Assembly: GCA_038890745.1 (NCBI GenBank)
Contig: JAWAFD010000001.1
Location: 92,809 to 156,808, forward strand
DNA length: 64,000 nucleotides
Direction of reading: 5' to 3'
From: Candidatus Anstonellales archaeon
GTDB lineage: Archaea; Micrarchaeota; Micrarchaeia; Anstonellales; J096
Shown: positions 1-10,528 of the stretch, one piece after another
How the letters are laid out: each line of letters begins with the position of its first letter
Position numbering within the stretch: the first letter of the stretch is position 1
Program-made: the position numbers and the translations under genes
The notes under the pieces: generated by a model
Databases searched by the model: none
Told to the model about the DNA's origin: nothing
The model's input: the letters and a program-made list of their open reading frames with translations, nothing else

Positions 1-1
1 A

Positions 2-2110
2 GCAGCTCTTGGCCATCTTGCTGTAATGAAAGAGGGCTACCTAAGTATTTTGGAGGAGATGGAGAACCAGAAGGAAGAGGCATACTCTGGAAGCATAATA
101 TGGACGTACTCAAAGGATTTTGAACCGGCACGTTTGGATGAAGAAAGCCATATCATAATGTATATATACGCTACAAACCCAAACGCATTCAAAGTTGCCG
201 GTGGGGAGAAAGTATTCGATTTCCCATTTGAGGTAATGCAAAGCGAAGTAAGCGGCGAGCTTGTTGGGATTATCTCTGATGGCCAAACCCTTACCCTCTA
301 CCCAAAAGACTTCGAACCATTCGAATCAAGAACATACACTGTAAGCACTTCACAGATAATTGCATCAACAACAAACCAAGAGGTTTACGCTGTTGGGTAT
401 GATGGAAAGGCGGATGTAACCGATAGCCGGCTTGTGGAGTTCTTAGGGCCAAGCCAGGGGCTTTACCTTCCAGATGAATGGGAAGGTGTAAGCATTGCCG
501 GGCAAACCTATGACGCAAAATCAGGATTCATAAACAAAAAATTCAATGCTGATTTCTATGAAATAGAAGGAAAGTACACTATTCTGGACGCATACGATTG
601 GGAGGAGAAAAACCACAACAGCATTACAATAGGAACGACAACTACGCTTAGTTATGATATAGAGATAGACTCAAATATACATATGGATGAAATGAAGTTT
701 GCGGTTGATGGAGAGAAGGTAAGCGCATACGCAGATGGAGGCGCGTCCGTTAAAGTTGTTGGGAAGGAAATTTTTGTATACGATGTTCCTAAAGGGAGCG
801 TAACAGTCCATGTAAAATATGAGATCAGCAATGCTAACGAGTATATAAATCAGAAGATAAAACAACTTAACAACGAAATTGATGGTGGGAAATGCCCGGA
901 TGCATGGCAGGCTCTGAATGACGCAACCCTCGCCTTCCAGAGGGGGGATATAAACACAGCAATGGAGAAACTGAAGGAGGCTGAAGCGCTTTGGGAGAAA
1001 TATTTAAGAGAAGCATCCAAGGCAGAAGGAGAGTATGAAAAGTATCTTGCTTATGTAAATGAGCAGCTTGAGCAGATAAAGAAGGCACTTGCAAGAGCAG
1101 ATGAGCTTGGATTGGAAGGGGGTTTTGTGGATAGCCTTAGAGAGAGGAAAAATAGTATAGAAAATTTCTTGGCCGGGCTTGAAAATTTGGGTTTGGAAGA
1201 AAAAGTTGCTCGGTTAAAAGAATTTGATAGGAATTGGTTGGAAAAAGAAGCCGGTAAGTTCCTGAAAGATGCATTCAATGAAGTTGGGAAAACTAAAAAG
1301 GAGTACTACGCGCTTGGTGTTGTTGACTCTTTGCTTGAGGGGTATTTCAATGAATTTGAAGCAAATTACAAGAAAGCAAGGGCAAGTGAAGGGGATTACA
1401 CACCACATGTTAATACCTATGCGAGCTTGCTTAAAATACAAAATGCTTTTGCTCAGACAACGGCGAGTAAGGATGGGAAATTAAAAGAAGCGCTCTCTCA
1501 ATTTGAGGGACTAAAGGAAGAAGTCAACGCACTTATAGCGAAATATACAAACGAGTATAATGATGGTAAAAAAACACCATACGAAACACTGTTCCAGTTC
1601 TTACCAAACTACTACTCTGAGAAGCTTTCAGGATTAGAAAAGGAGGTTAAAAAGACGAATAAGCCAGAGGAGATACTAAAAAGAGTTGAAAAATTAAAAG
1701 GATTAAAGGAGGAGCTTGAGAAAAAGATGGATGTTTTAAGAAAAAGTGCTGAAGAGATGCTTCAAACTGTAGAAATAGAATACGCAAAAGCAAAACCAAA
1801 TTTAGATGAAAAAACAAAGCAAAGCATAGAGGGCGCGATAGAAACAATAAAACAAAACATCGCAAACGGAAGGTATGTAAGCGCGATGAACACTGCAAAT
1901 AATGTTTTGATTACTTTAGGAAAAGTAAAGGGTGGTGGGATTAATTTTGTTCTTTGGTTTGGTGTTCTGCTTCTCATTCTCGCTGGTATTTTCTACTACC
2001 TCCGCTCTGGTGGAAAGATCAAGCTCGGTGGTTTTGGTGGGGTTGGTGGATTGTTTAAGGAGGAGAAAAAGGAGGCGAAACCGCTCAAAAAACTAGAGAG
2101 GGTTAAATGA
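2..2110 (+). CDS. Membrane-anchored coiled-coil protein, probably 5'-truncated by the window edge
   Basis: Frame is open from position 2. Long E/K-rich coiled-coil region, then a C-terminal TM helix (FVLWFGVLLLILAGIFYYL) and a basic tail. Confidence 0.7.
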   Translation, partial: AALGHLAVMKEGYLSILEEMENQKEEAYSGSIIWTYSKDFEPARLDEESHIIMYIYATNPNAFKVAGGEKVFDFPFEVMQSEVSGELVGIISDGQTLTLYPKDFEPFESRTYTVSTSQIIASTTNQEVYAVGYDGKADVTDSRLVEFLGPSQGLYLPDEWEGVSIAGQTYDAKSGFINKKFNADFYEIEGKYTILDAYDWEEKNHNSITIGTTTTLSYDIEIDSNIHMDEMKFAVDGEKVSAYADGGASVKVVGKEIFVYDVPKGSVTVHVKYEISNANEYINQKIKQLNNEIDGGKCPDAWQALNDATLAFQRGDINTAMEKLKEAEALWEKYLREASKAEGEYEKYLAYVNEQLEQIKKALARADELGLEGGFVDSLRERKNSIENFLAGLENLGLEEKVARLKEFDRNWLEKEAGKFLKDAFNEVGKTKKEYYALGVVDSLLEGYFNEFEANYKKARASEGDYTPHVNTYASLLKIQNAFAQTTASKDGKLKEALSQFEGLKEEVNALIAKYTNEYNDGKKTPYETLFQFLPNYYSEKLSGLEKEVKKTNKPEEILKRVEKLKGLKEELEKKMDVLRKSAEEMLQTVEIEYAKAKPNLDEKTKQSIEGAIETIKQNIANGRYVSAMNTANNVLITLGKVKGGGINFVLWFGVLLLILAGIFYYLRSGGKIKLGGFGGVGGLFKEEKKEAKPLKKLERVK

Positions 2111-3584
2111 GAAAATCAGAAATGGAGGTTTGCCCCTTCTTTTCTACTTTTTTCTCCATTTTTGGTTTTTTTAGATTAAAGTTTTTTAACAAAGAGAGCA
2201 TTTTTTTCTCTTTCCGTACAGCTGACCAGTAGAATGCTTCATCCCTAGTTTTTTTGGTCAAAAGGATGTAGATCTGTCCTTCCTTAATCCTCCCTACCCT
2301 ACCCCTACGCTGGATAGCCCTTATCTCGCTTGGGATGGGCTCGTAAAAAATAACAACATCCGCTGAAGGAATGTCAATCCCCTCTTCACCTATACTTGAG
2401 CACACCAAAATATTGAATTTGTCATTCCTAAAATCCTCAATTATCTGCTCTTGTTGTTTTTTTGTAAACCCTTCCCTCTTCCCAACAAATTTCTCAGCAG
2501 CATAGCCCTTACTCTTCAAAATTGAAAGAAGATAGTTTATCTGGTCTCTGTACTGGACGAATAAAAGTATTTTTTTGTTTTTTAGTTTTTCAAGAAGTTC
2601 TAAAAGAAGGGTTGTTTTTGGATGGTCTTCCTTAGCTATGGAGGCCTCTTGTATGATTTTTGCTGTTTCAGGTCTGCGGAGCAAGATTCTCGCGGATTTT
2701 GATTTTTCGGCCTTTTCCTTCAATTTAGAGATGTAATTCAAGAGCGCAGTAATTCCTTGTGTTTCAAGAAGCTCTGCCATATGGTTTAGATGGATGATGC
2801 AAGTATAATTTAGTAAGAGTTGGAATTTAATTGGGTGGTTTATTTTTATAAGCTCATGCCTTAACAAAAGCAGCTCGCCCTTCTTTTTTAATGGAACTGG
2901 GATATTGTGTTTTTTAAAAAGAGCAAGGTAATCATCCATCATTTTTTCAATTAGTTTTTTTATTTTCATCTGTGTTTGCGAAAGCTCTGTTTGAAGCCAG
3001 ATTATTTTTTTATCCATTACGTACTCCTTAACATCCGCATCTCTTTCTTCCCTTATTTCAACATTTTTTATACCTAAATTCATTACCACTTCGTTTATAC
3101 GCTCCTTCTCCCCACCAGGGGAAGCTGTAAGCCCGATGAGAAGGGCGTTTTTGCATTTTTTTGCTATCTTTGTGTATGCGTACTCCCCAACGGCCCTATG
3201 GGCTTCATCAAAAACAATTATGGAAACTTCCTCTGGTTTTAGGAAGGAAGAAAGGTCGTTTTTTATTGTTTGTGGGGTGGCAAAAATAATTTTCTTAGCA
3301 TACAACTCCTTTCTCTTTGTTTTTGGAAGCTCACCGGTGATCAAAACAGCTTCGCTACCCTTATCAGTTGTTTTTATAAAACTGTTTAAATGTTGGAGGG
3401 AAAGTGGTTTTGTTGGGGCTAGAAAAAGAAACTTTCCTTGTTTTTTATCAAAGAAAAAATCAAAAACCCCAAAAGCAATTAGGGTTTTGCCTAACCCAGT
3501 AGGAAGGACCACAAGGGTATTACTGTTATTTATTATTGATTTTATAATTGTTTTTTGGTATTCTCTAAGAGGAATTTTCAACAT
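2103..3584 (-). CDS. hef: Hef/FANCM-like SF2 helicase with no ERCC4 nuclease domain and a C-terminal PIP box
   Basis: Motifs LREYQ, LPTGLGKT, DEAHRA, GLTASPG, EEGIDIP, IQRRGRVGR; ends QTSISDFL (PIP-like). Start set at the ATG of MLKIPL. Confidence 0.88.
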   Translation of the reverse strand: MLKIPLREYQKTIIKSIINNSNTLVVLPTGLGKTLIAFGVFDFFFDKKQGKFLFLAPTKPLSLQHLNSFIKTTDKGSEAVLITGELPKTKRKELYAKKIIFATPQTIKNDLSSFLKPEEVSIIVFDEAHRAVGEYAYTKIAKKCKNALLIGLTASPGGEKERINEVVMNLGIKNVEIREERDADVKEYVMDKKIIWLQTELSQTQMKIKKLIEKMMDDYLALFKKHNIPVPLKKKGELLLLRHELIKINHPIKFQLLLNYTCIIHLNHMAELLETQGITALLNYISKLKEKAEKSKSARILLRRPETAKIIQEASIAKEDHPKTTLLLELLEKLKNKKILLFVQYRDQINYLLSILKSKGYAAEKFVGKREGFTKKQQEQIIEDFRNDKFNILVCSSIGEEGIDIPSADVVIFYEPIPSEIRAIQRRGRVGRIKEGQIYILLTKKTRDEAFYWSAVRKEKKMLSLLKNFNLKKPKMEKKVEKKGQTSISDFLI

Positions 3585-3636
3585 TGGGGCACCCCACACT
3601 TCCACTAATTTTTTTATGCAAAGAAATAAAAAAGTT

Positions 3637-3654
3637 ATGTAACTATAGTTACAT
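3637..3654. promoter_or_regulatory. Perfect 18-bp palindrome ATGTAACTATAGTTACAT, candidate operator
   Basis: Lies between divergent hef and the Cas2-like gene, 1 bp before the latter's ATG. Near-identical copy at 23208-23224. Confidence 0.6.
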
Positions 3655-3655
3655 C

Positions 3656-3898
3656 ATGATCGTGTATGTTTACGATTTGTTTGGAAGTAATTTAAAAGAG
3701 TATAACAGAACAAAACGTCGTTTTTATTATGAATTGAGAAAAATTTTGGATAGTAATAAACAAATAAATTGGAGGACAAAATCAATGCTCCTGGCACCTG
3801 ATAGTGAAGAGCAGAACCTTGATATGTTTTTTAAAAAATACGCTTCTAAAATCATAGTATACAAATTTAAACCACAAACCATAAACCAAATAACATAA
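3656..3898 (+). CDS. Small Cas2/VapD-like ferredoxin-fold protein (orphan)
   Basis: 80 aa. N-terminal MIVYVYDL strand with YD, a basic helix, and WRTKSMLL resembling the Cas2 xQxSVF motif. Confidence 0.5.
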   Translation: MIVYVYDLFGSNLKEYNRTKRRFYYELRKILDSNKQINWRTKSMLLAPDSEEQNLDMFFKKYASKIIVYKFKPQTINQIT

Positions 3899-3937
3899 AC
3901 TATTGATTAGCCTACTGATTAGGGGAAGTATGGGGGG

Positions 3938-5497
3938 TCATAGTTCAATCTCAAAGAAAACAACCGGCGTTTCTATTCCAAAAGAAACCAGAACATTAGG
4001 ATGGACTTCCCCAACATACCCAACCCCAACCCCATTTCTTACTATTTTTGCCGCGCGCCCATGAATAAAACCATCAACATCCTCTAACCACAATTCAAAA
4101 GAAAACCTACCCTCTTCCTTAAAAGAAAAAAGAATCGGAAGAATATTGTTTATACCAACCCGATCATCAGTAATGGCTGCGGCCAAAACCTCTTTCTCCT
4201 CCCCATCTTTGTATACCCTTCCAATCTCAAATATTTTTTGAGGCATCCCGGCCGTCTTATTCTCACTTATGATTTTAAGGAAAGAGACAAGGCATGTCGG
4301 TTTGAGCACGGTGTAATCCAAGCTTGCCGGGTTTTTTACTGTTTTTTTTGCCACCCACCCAGGACCGATTTTTTCAAGTTCGGTATTGTTTGTCAAATAA
4401 AATGTTTTTACTTCATTAAAACCAAACCCAACCATCAATTCAACAACCCAACCATTCCTTTCCTCCCCATATCCTTCATTGTATAATTCAGGAGGTTCTG
4501 GTTTGAATCTATTATACCCATACGCTATTGCAACATCCTCAACAATATCAACCTGGTCCAAAACATCTATTCTGTACGGTGGGATAAAAGCAACCCCGTG
4601 CTCATACCCTATCCCGGCCTTTTTTAGGAGTTTTTTTATCTCTTCCTCACTAAAACTACTCCCCAATACATTGTTTATGAACGTTCGCTTAATTTTTATT
4701 CTATTTTCTTCAAGCTTCGGGTACCACTCTCCATTAACATTCGTTTGTTCTATCCTCCCTCCTCTATCTGCAAGCGCGCAAACAATTATATTCAGAGCCT
4801 GCGAAACAGCATCAGCGTGTGTTCCAGTAACATCTATCACAAAATTCCTAGTCTCTGGTGTAAGTTTTGTTCTCTCGCTGTTTATTATTGGTGGGAATGA
4901 GATAACACCTTCTTGGTCTATGAGCATCGGATATTTTTTTTCCTTTACAAGATGGGCGTACATTTTTCCCTTCGGATGCACTTCTAAAATCTGCTTTGCG
5001 CTCATCTTTTTATCAAACTCAAGCGGAACAAACACAATATCCTCAACTGTTTTATACACAATCGGGAAAACAACCCTATCAGCATCATGGATTCCGATTG
5101 CAACCTTCTTCCTCTTTCTCCCAAGAGTATCGTGGAGCTTTTCCTGAAGCTGTATTAAGGAAAGGAACACCTCCTCGCTTGGTTTTACATCAACAACCTT
5201 TGCCATTACAACATATGGTCTTACATCCTTTACGCTTTTATCAACAATAACAAAATTCTCCTTTTTCTCAGCCGTATATTTTCTTAAGTCCTCTTTCTCA
5301 TAGTAATAGGAAAGGGCCCTTGCCAAACCCTCAACAGAAAGCAAATCCGGCCGGTTCGGTGTAACCTCGACATCCAACATCCTACCTTCAACTTCACTAC
5401 TCGGTGCACCGATTTCATTCAACCCATTGATTATCTCCTCTTTGCTCAGGCCCGTCATCCCTTTTATTTCCTCAATACCTACCCTTACTACAGCCAT
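3938..5497 (-). CDS. pheT: Phenylalanyl-tRNA synthetase beta subunit
   Basis: TPNRPDLLSVEGLARAL, QLQEKLH, SFPPIINS, PPYRIDVL..DIVEDVAIAYGY, GEVHP. Confidence 0.95.
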   Translation of the reverse strand: MAVVRVGIEEIKGMTGLSKEEIINGLNEIGAPSSEVEGRMLDVEVTPNRPDLLSVEGLARALSYYYEKEDLRKYTAEKKENFVIVDKSVKDVRPYVVMAKVVDVKPSEEVFLSLIQLQEKLHDTLGRKRKKVAIGIHDADRVVFPIVYKTVEDIVFVPLEFDKKMSAKQILEVHPKGKMYAHLVKEKKYPMLIDQEGVISFPPIINSERTKLTPETRNFVIDVTGTHADAVSQALNIIVCALADRGGRIEQTNVNGEWYPKLEENRIKIKRTFINNVLGSSFSEEEIKKLLKKAGIGYEHGVAFIPPYRIDVLDQVDIVEDVAIAYGYNRFKPEPPELYNEGYGEERNGWVVELMVGFGFNEVKTFYLTNNTELEKIGPGWVAKKTVKNPASLDYTVLKPTCLVSFLKIISENKTAGMPQKIFEIGRVYKDGEEKEVLAAAITDDRVGINNILPILFSFKEEGRFSFELWLEDVDGFIHGRAAKIVRNGVGVGYVGEVHPNVLVSFGIETPVVFFEIEL

Positions 5498-5501
5498 AGG
5501 A

Positions 5502-6824
5502 TCACTTATCCGGGTATTCTTTATTAAGGCATCCAGTGCATATATTTTTTCCCAAAACTTTTTTCAACCCTTCTATACTCATATACCCCAAGCTATCGAC
5601 ATTCAAAAACTTTTTTATTTCCTCAACAGACTTTTTTGCCGCTATCAACTCATCCTCAGTTTTCATATCTATTCCATAGTAACATGGCGCTTTAAGAGGC
5701 GGGCACGTGACCATAAGATGCACCTCCTTTACACCCAATTCTCTAAGCTTTTCTACCAATATTTTTGTAGTTGTTCCGCGCACTATGCTATCATCTATTA
5801 GAACTACTCTTTTTCCGTTTATAAATTGAGTTAGGAAAAAATATTTTTGTTTTGCAAGCTCCACCCGTTTTTCTTCATTCGGTTGGATGAATGTTCTCCC
5901 AACATACCTGTTTTTTACAATCGCTTCCTTAACAGGTATACCAGTTGCTTCCCCAAAACCCTCCGCGGCTGTTCTTGCGGTATCTGGGATTGGGATCACA
6001 AAATCCGCATCTACAGGATTCTCTTCAGCCAAACGTTTTCCAAGCTCAAACCTTGTTTTATAGACCCCCTCCCCAAAAACTTCTGATGCTGGGTTTGCAA
6101 AATAAACAAACTCAAACATACATCTTCTTTCCCCAATGTTTTTTAGTATCTGCTTTTTTCTTAGTTCTCCATTTTCTATTATATAAAGCTCCCCCGGTTT
6201 CACTTCTTCATAATTTAGTATGTTGAGCGGTTGGAAAGCGACCGTCTCGCTTGCAAAAGCATAAAAATACTCGTTCCATCCAAAAACAAGAGGCCTTATT
6301 CCATACATATCCTTTGTTGCGAATAGTTTGTTTTTCCATATCCCAACAAGAGCATAGCTTCCCTTTGCTTTTTTTGAAAGCTCAATAAGGGCGTTCTCTA
6401 TATCCTTTCCATTCTTCAACTCTTCATGCAGAATGGCTAATATCGCTTCCGAATCCGCCGATCCCTTGAAGGAATATTTCCCTCTAAAACTCTTTTTTAT
6501 TTCATCATAGTTATGAATATTTCCATTATGCGCAACCGCTAGCTCTCCAAGATGGGATGGCTGCGCATCTTTCTCTGTTTCTATTTTTTTGCTTGTTGTT
6601 GGGTATCTCACATGGAATATCCCAATCCTCCCAGTTCCGGACCCAACCTCAACCAACCCAACATGTTTTTTCGTTTTTATTCTATCCTCGTGCAGTATGC
6701 TATACCCCCATGCGTCCTCTCCTCTTGATTGAATGTTTTTTAACGCACGCGTTCCAGCATCAACTATATCGACATTCCCCTTTCTTGAGAATAAAGCAAC
6801 AACACCGCAAGAATGCCTGAGCAT
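5502..6824 (-). CDS. purF: Amidophosphoribosyltransferase
   Basis: Short propeptide then CGVV; HVRYPT, AHNGNI, CMFEFVYFA, DDSIVRGTT, PCYYGID, CTGC. Confidence 0.95.
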   Translation of the reverse strand: MLRHSCGVVALFSRKGNVDIVDAGTRALKNIQSRGEDAWGYSILHEDRIKTKKHVGLVEVGSGTGRIGIFHVRYPTTSKKIETEKDAQPSHLGELAVAHNGNIHNYDEIKKSFRGKYSFKGSADSEAILAILHEELKNGKDIENALIELSKKAKGSYALVGIWKNKLFATKDMYGIRPLVFGWNEYFYAFASETVAFQPLNILNYEEVKPGELYIIENGELRKKQILKNIGERRCMFEFVYFANPASEVFGEGVYKTRFELGKRLAEENPVDADFVIPIPDTARTAAEGFGEATGIPVKEAIVKNRYVGRTFIQPNEEKRVELAKQKYFFLTQFINGKRVVLIDDSIVRGTTTKILVEKLRELGVKEVHLMVTCPPLKAPCYYGIDMKTEDELIAAKKSVEEIKKFLNVDSLGYMSIEGLKKVLGKNICTGCLNKEYPDK

Positions 6825-6874
6825 GCTTTTCTTTCTCAATAATAGTTTAAAATGTTTTTTGTTATTCATTCTTT

Positions 6875-7726
6875 ATGTTTGATGCCCTTATCCCTATCTG
6901 TGATGCTGATAGATGCTTCCATTCACTAAGCGAGCAGAAAAATTATTTTAGAGTAAATACATTAAAAAATTCAGTAAAAGAATTCCTCTCCTCCTCTTCA
7001 ATTCAAGTCGAAAAAACTCCGCTTCCGTTCGCTTTTTCTTCCCCCAATCCAATCGGTAGAACAGTGGAAAATTTTCTTGGCTATATCCATATCCAATCCC
7101 TTTCTTCAATGCTTCCAGCGCTTGCGCTTTCTCCGCATAAAAATGACATTGTTTTAGATGCGTGCGCATCGCCAGGCTCAAAAACCACTCAAATGGCAGC
7201 CATGATGGGTAATGACGGCGCGATAGTTGCAAACGATAGAAAAAGTCGCCATCCTCCACTTCTTGCTAACATCTCCCGCTTAGGTGTTCTTAATACTGTT
7301 GTTGTTTCTTATGATGCAAAAAAATCAATAAAAGAAAATTATTTTACAAAAGCGCTTTTGGATGCCCCATGCACCGCACTTGGCGCGTGGCAGAGCGCCT
7401 GGAAAAGGTTTAAGCCAGATATAGCAAAATCCATGGCCAGGGTGCAAAAAGCGATGCTGCTCTCTTCTTTTGACTCCCTTAAACCTGGCGGAATTCTTGT
7501 ATATTCTACCTGCACCTATACAAAAGAAGAAAATGAAGAGGTTGTTAGATTTTTGCTGGAAAGAAGGGAGAATGCAAGGTTAGAAACGATCAACATTCCT
7601 TATGAAATTCCTCATGAAACAGGTTTGAGCGAGTTTGGGAATGAGTTTAGGAAGGTATGGAGGGTATACCCCTGGCATCTTAAAAGCGAGGGGTTTTTTA
7701 TTGCAAAGGTGAGAAGGGATGAATGA
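6875..7726 (+). CDS. RsmB/NOP2/NSUN RNA m5C methyltransferase (paralog 1)
   Basis: FRVNTLK, IQSLSSM, VLDACASPGSKTTQ, LLDAPC, VYSTCT, ENEEVV, EGFFIAK. Confidence 0.92.
   Translation: MFDALIPICDADRCFHSLSEQKNYFRVNTLKNSVKEFLSSSSIQVEKTPLPFAFSSPNPIGRTVENFLGYIHIQSLSSMLPALALSPHKNDIVLDACASPGSKTTQMAAMMGNDGAIVANDRKSRHPPLLANISRLGVLNTVVVSYDAKKSIKENYFTKALLDAPCTALGAWQSAWKRFKPDIAKSMARVQKAMLLSSFDSLKPGGILVYSTCTYTKEENEEVVRFLLERRENARLETINIPYEIPHETGLSEFGNEFRKVWRVYPWHLKSEGFFIAKVRRDE
7458..7712 (+). repeat. 255-bp inverted repeat, copy 1 (partner 20614-20868)
   Basis: The 3' third of the two m5C MTase paralogs. 5 mismatches in 255 bp by manual comparison. Confidence 0.95.
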
Positions 7727-8126
7727 ATTTGAGGGATACATAAAAGAGAGGTTTGGGATAGTTCTACCTGATTGGGTAGTTGTCGAAGAGGTTGGGGATA
7801 AATTTAGGATAATGAATAAAGAGATAAGCAAAGAAAAACCAAAAAATTTTGTTTCGCGCGGGATTGTTTGCGGGAAGAAAACAACTTTTGGGGTAAAGCC
7901 AACATCAGACTTCATTCAGCTTTTTGGCCATCTTGCAAGAAAAAATGTTGCTAAGATAAGCAGAGAAGAGATGCTCAATTATGCGAAGGGAATGGATTTG
8001 GAGAGAGAGTTCGATTTTGAAAATGGGTATGTTGTTTTGAGGTATGAAAAACATAGTGTAGGGGTTGGGCTTTGCATGAATAAAAAAATAAAAAATCAGG
8101 TGGCGAAAATTAAGCGGATCCAATAA
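7719..8126 (+). CDS. NIP7/RsmF-C-terminal (PUA-like) partner protein
   Basis: Overlaps the MTase stop. KPTSDFIQLFGHLARKNV and GYVVLRY..VGVG motifs. Confidence 0.7.
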   Translation: MNEFEGYIKERFGIVLPDWVVVEEVGDKFRIMNKEISKEKPKNFVSRGIVCGKKTTFGVKPTSDFIQLFGHLARKNVAKISREEMLNYAKGMDLEREFDFENGYVVLRYEKHSVGVGLCMNKKIKNQVAKIKRIQ

Positions 8127-9987
8127 TAGATGAAAGACGATTTATTGTTAGGTCATAATTCTTTTCATATGTAGAATCACCAACAGCTAATTTCTTTCCT
8201 CCAAGCTCTTCAATCCTTTTATTAAGCTCCTTTGCCCTTTCAGAAAGTTCTACCCGAACAGCCTTTGCTCTTATTTGCACGCTTTTAAAAGTTTTTTCAT
8301 CTTCAGGAGTTATTCCATTCTCTTCCATCGCTCTCTTAACAGCATATGCTAAGAAGGATTGGCCAACAGAACTTAAAATACCTATTGAAAATTCAAGCAA
8401 AATTTCGCCTTTTATTTTATTAAAATCATAGTTATTTTTCTTACACCATTCCTTCAGGTATTTCTCCCCTTTATCAGAAAGGCCAAGCTTTCCATTCTCA
8501 AATTTAAAAATACCGAAAAATACAAGCGTCGGTGTAACATTTTGGTTTAATCTCAAAACTTCTTTTGTTTCTGCTTTTACTAAATTCGAAAATTGCTCTA
8601 GTTTGTACCCAACATTGAGAAGGTCTGTTCTAGTAAAAAACTCTCCAATATCTTTGTTTTTTGAGAATAAAATAATGTTAATACCATAACCCGCTATTCT
8701 ATCAATTAATTCCAACCTCTTTGCCATTCCATCGATCTCATTTACGCTATCCGAAAGCTCGCGCATAAATCTTTTTAGAGCGGGTGGCTTTCTTGATTTT
8801 GCATACTCAAAAGCGGATTTCAAATCTGAAAATCTTTTCTTCCAGTATTCTTCTTGTTTTTCAACTATCATTGCAATGGTTGCGAGGTCTTTTCTCTCAG
8901 CACTTTGGGTTGCCCCTTTTGGGTTTGTTGTGTCATAGTTGGTTCTAATTTGTTCTAAATCAGAAGCGGATTGTGTAAGCAACATCCTCCACCTGAGTTC
9001 CTCCAACTTTTTATATACTTCATCTCTTCTTTTTTCAAGCAGTTTTATAGTCTTATCAAAACTTTTATCAGGCATCATTTCCTTCCACTCTCTTGCTTCT
9101 TCAGGACTTATTTCACCATCTCCAACCCATTCATCAATCAACGGCGGTGTTGTACCTGCGGCGGCTGCAGCTTCTCGCCTTGCAGAGTCGGAGGCATTGT
9201 TCCAGTCCCGTATTATCTGTGGGTCCACGGGTTGGGTCATGTTAGTCCTATCCGCTTCTTGTGCTAATTTGCAAAACCTCATAGCTGCGTTATATGCCTT
9301 TCCTAAGTCTTCTAGGTTTGCTTCTTCCAAAGTGATTATTTTTTCACCACTCTCACTTGTTTCGTCTGGAATCACAATAGTTGTTAATTCCCCTTTATCG
9401 TAAACCAAACGGGGCCCTTCATCGGCTCTTTTAACTATGACGCTGCCCTCCTCGGCTAGTTGCTTTCTTTCTTCAGGGGTCAGTCCTGCGGTGGCGGTTT
9501 CTCGTATTGCACCAAGATAAAACTTATGTAGGTCTTCCCTTAAATTTTTTACTCCTGCATTTTTGGGGTTATGAGGTTTACCTGGAAATAGTTTACTGAT
9601 TTCCTCCTCGCTGAAAACATCATCAAAATAACATACAAATTTATCATTCCACCAGTCTCGCTGCCCCTTTTTTGAGTCATACCATAGATTTGTTGCGAAC
9701 TGAACCGCCCAAAAAGCATAACCTCCGTCCTCACCGACCACTCTTTTCATACCCTCAAGCCAATATTCAGCTAAATCTTCGCTCAATCCTAATTTCACTA
9801 ATTCTCTTTTTGCATCTTCACGGGAGATATCATAGTGCTCTGGTAGCTTTCCACCCTTTACGTCGTTTAGTATCTCCCCAATGCTGCGTTTTCTAAGTAG
9901 CGGCTTTGCTGACGAATTTCTGTTATACGAATAGCCTTTTTTTTGTTCAGCAAACGGCATCTTCTCCTGAACCTGAAACACAAACAT
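8110..9987 (-). CDS. Hypothetical helical protein (625 aa)
   Basis: Long ORF with GGTGA SD-like site upstream; no recognised motif. Confidence 0.7.
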   Translation of the reverse strand: MFVFQVQEKMPFAEQKKGYSYNRNSSAKPLLRKRSIGEILNDVKGGKLPEHYDISREDAKRELVKLGLSEDLAEYWLEGMKRVVGEDGGYAFWAVQFATNLWYDSKKGQRDWWNDKFVCYFDDVFSEEEISKLFPGKPHNPKNAGVKNLREDLHKFYLGAIRETATAGLTPEERKQLAEEGSVIVKRADEGPRLVYDKGELTTIVIPDETSESGEKIITLEEANLEDLGKAYNAAMRFCKLAQEADRTNMTQPVDPQIIRDWNNASDSARREAAAAAGTTPPLIDEWVGDGEISPEEAREWKEMMPDKSFDKTIKLLEKRRDEVYKKLEELRWRMLLTQSASDLEQIRTNYDTTNPKGATQSAERKDLATIAMIVEKQEEYWKKRFSDLKSAFEYAKSRKPPALKRFMRELSDSVNEIDGMAKRLELIDRIAGYGINIILFSKNKDIGEFFTRTDLLNVGYKLEQFSNLVKAETKEVLRLNQNVTPTLVFFGIFKFENGKLGLSDKGEKYLKEWCKKNNYDFNKIKGEILLEFSIGILSSVGQSFLAYAVKRAMEENGITPEDEKTFKSVQIRAKAVRVELSERAKELNKRIEELGGKKLAVGDSTYEKNYDLTINRLSSIIGSA

Positions 9988-10012
9988 CCCTTCACCAGCA
10001 TTATTTACTCAT

Positions 10013-10528
10013 TTAATACTTAAATATCTTTTGTTCTTTACCCTTTTCAATATATACGGCCATCTCCTCTTTTTTCACTTTCAAAAAATCATATATGAAT
10101 TTCAAAAAGGCAATGGGATTGCCGATGACTATTGTTTTTCCTTTTCTCTTTGGTTTAAAACCAAGCCTTGAGAGGACCATCTCATCCTCCCCAAAACCTT
10201 CTATCGAAATTATTCCTTTTTCATCTATTTTGCCGCAGGCATCAAAGATTCCTGCCAAAAAATTCGCGGAATACTCATTCAGATATTTAAACCTCTCCAT
10301 CCTATCTTTCCAAACCTCTTGAAAAAACTTTCTCCATTTGGAATGGTAGAAATAAACAGAGTTTTCAGAATAAAGAAGCTTCCCGGATTCTGTGAGAGAT
10401 AATTTTATAACCTCATTCACAAAAGCAGGAATAACATCCTTTCCCTTAACCCCTATCCCTTCTTTTGTTCTCCTAATCCCCCACAAACCAATCACATAAG
10501 AAAGTTCTGGAGAAAGTTTTGGTTTCAT
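10013..10528 (-). CDS. LAGLIDADG-fold protein (degenerate, free-standing)
   Basis: LSPELSYVIGLW and NFLAGIFDACG helices. Confidence 0.6.
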   Translation of the reverse strand: MKPKLSPELSYVIGLWGIRRTKEGIGVKGKDVIPAFVNEVIKLSLTESGKLLYSENSVYFYHSKWRKFFQEVWKDRMERFKYLNEYSANFLAGIFDACGKIDEKGIISIEGFGEDEMVLSRLGFKPKRKGKTIVIGNPIAFLKFIYDFLKVKKEEMAVYIEKGKEQKIFKY

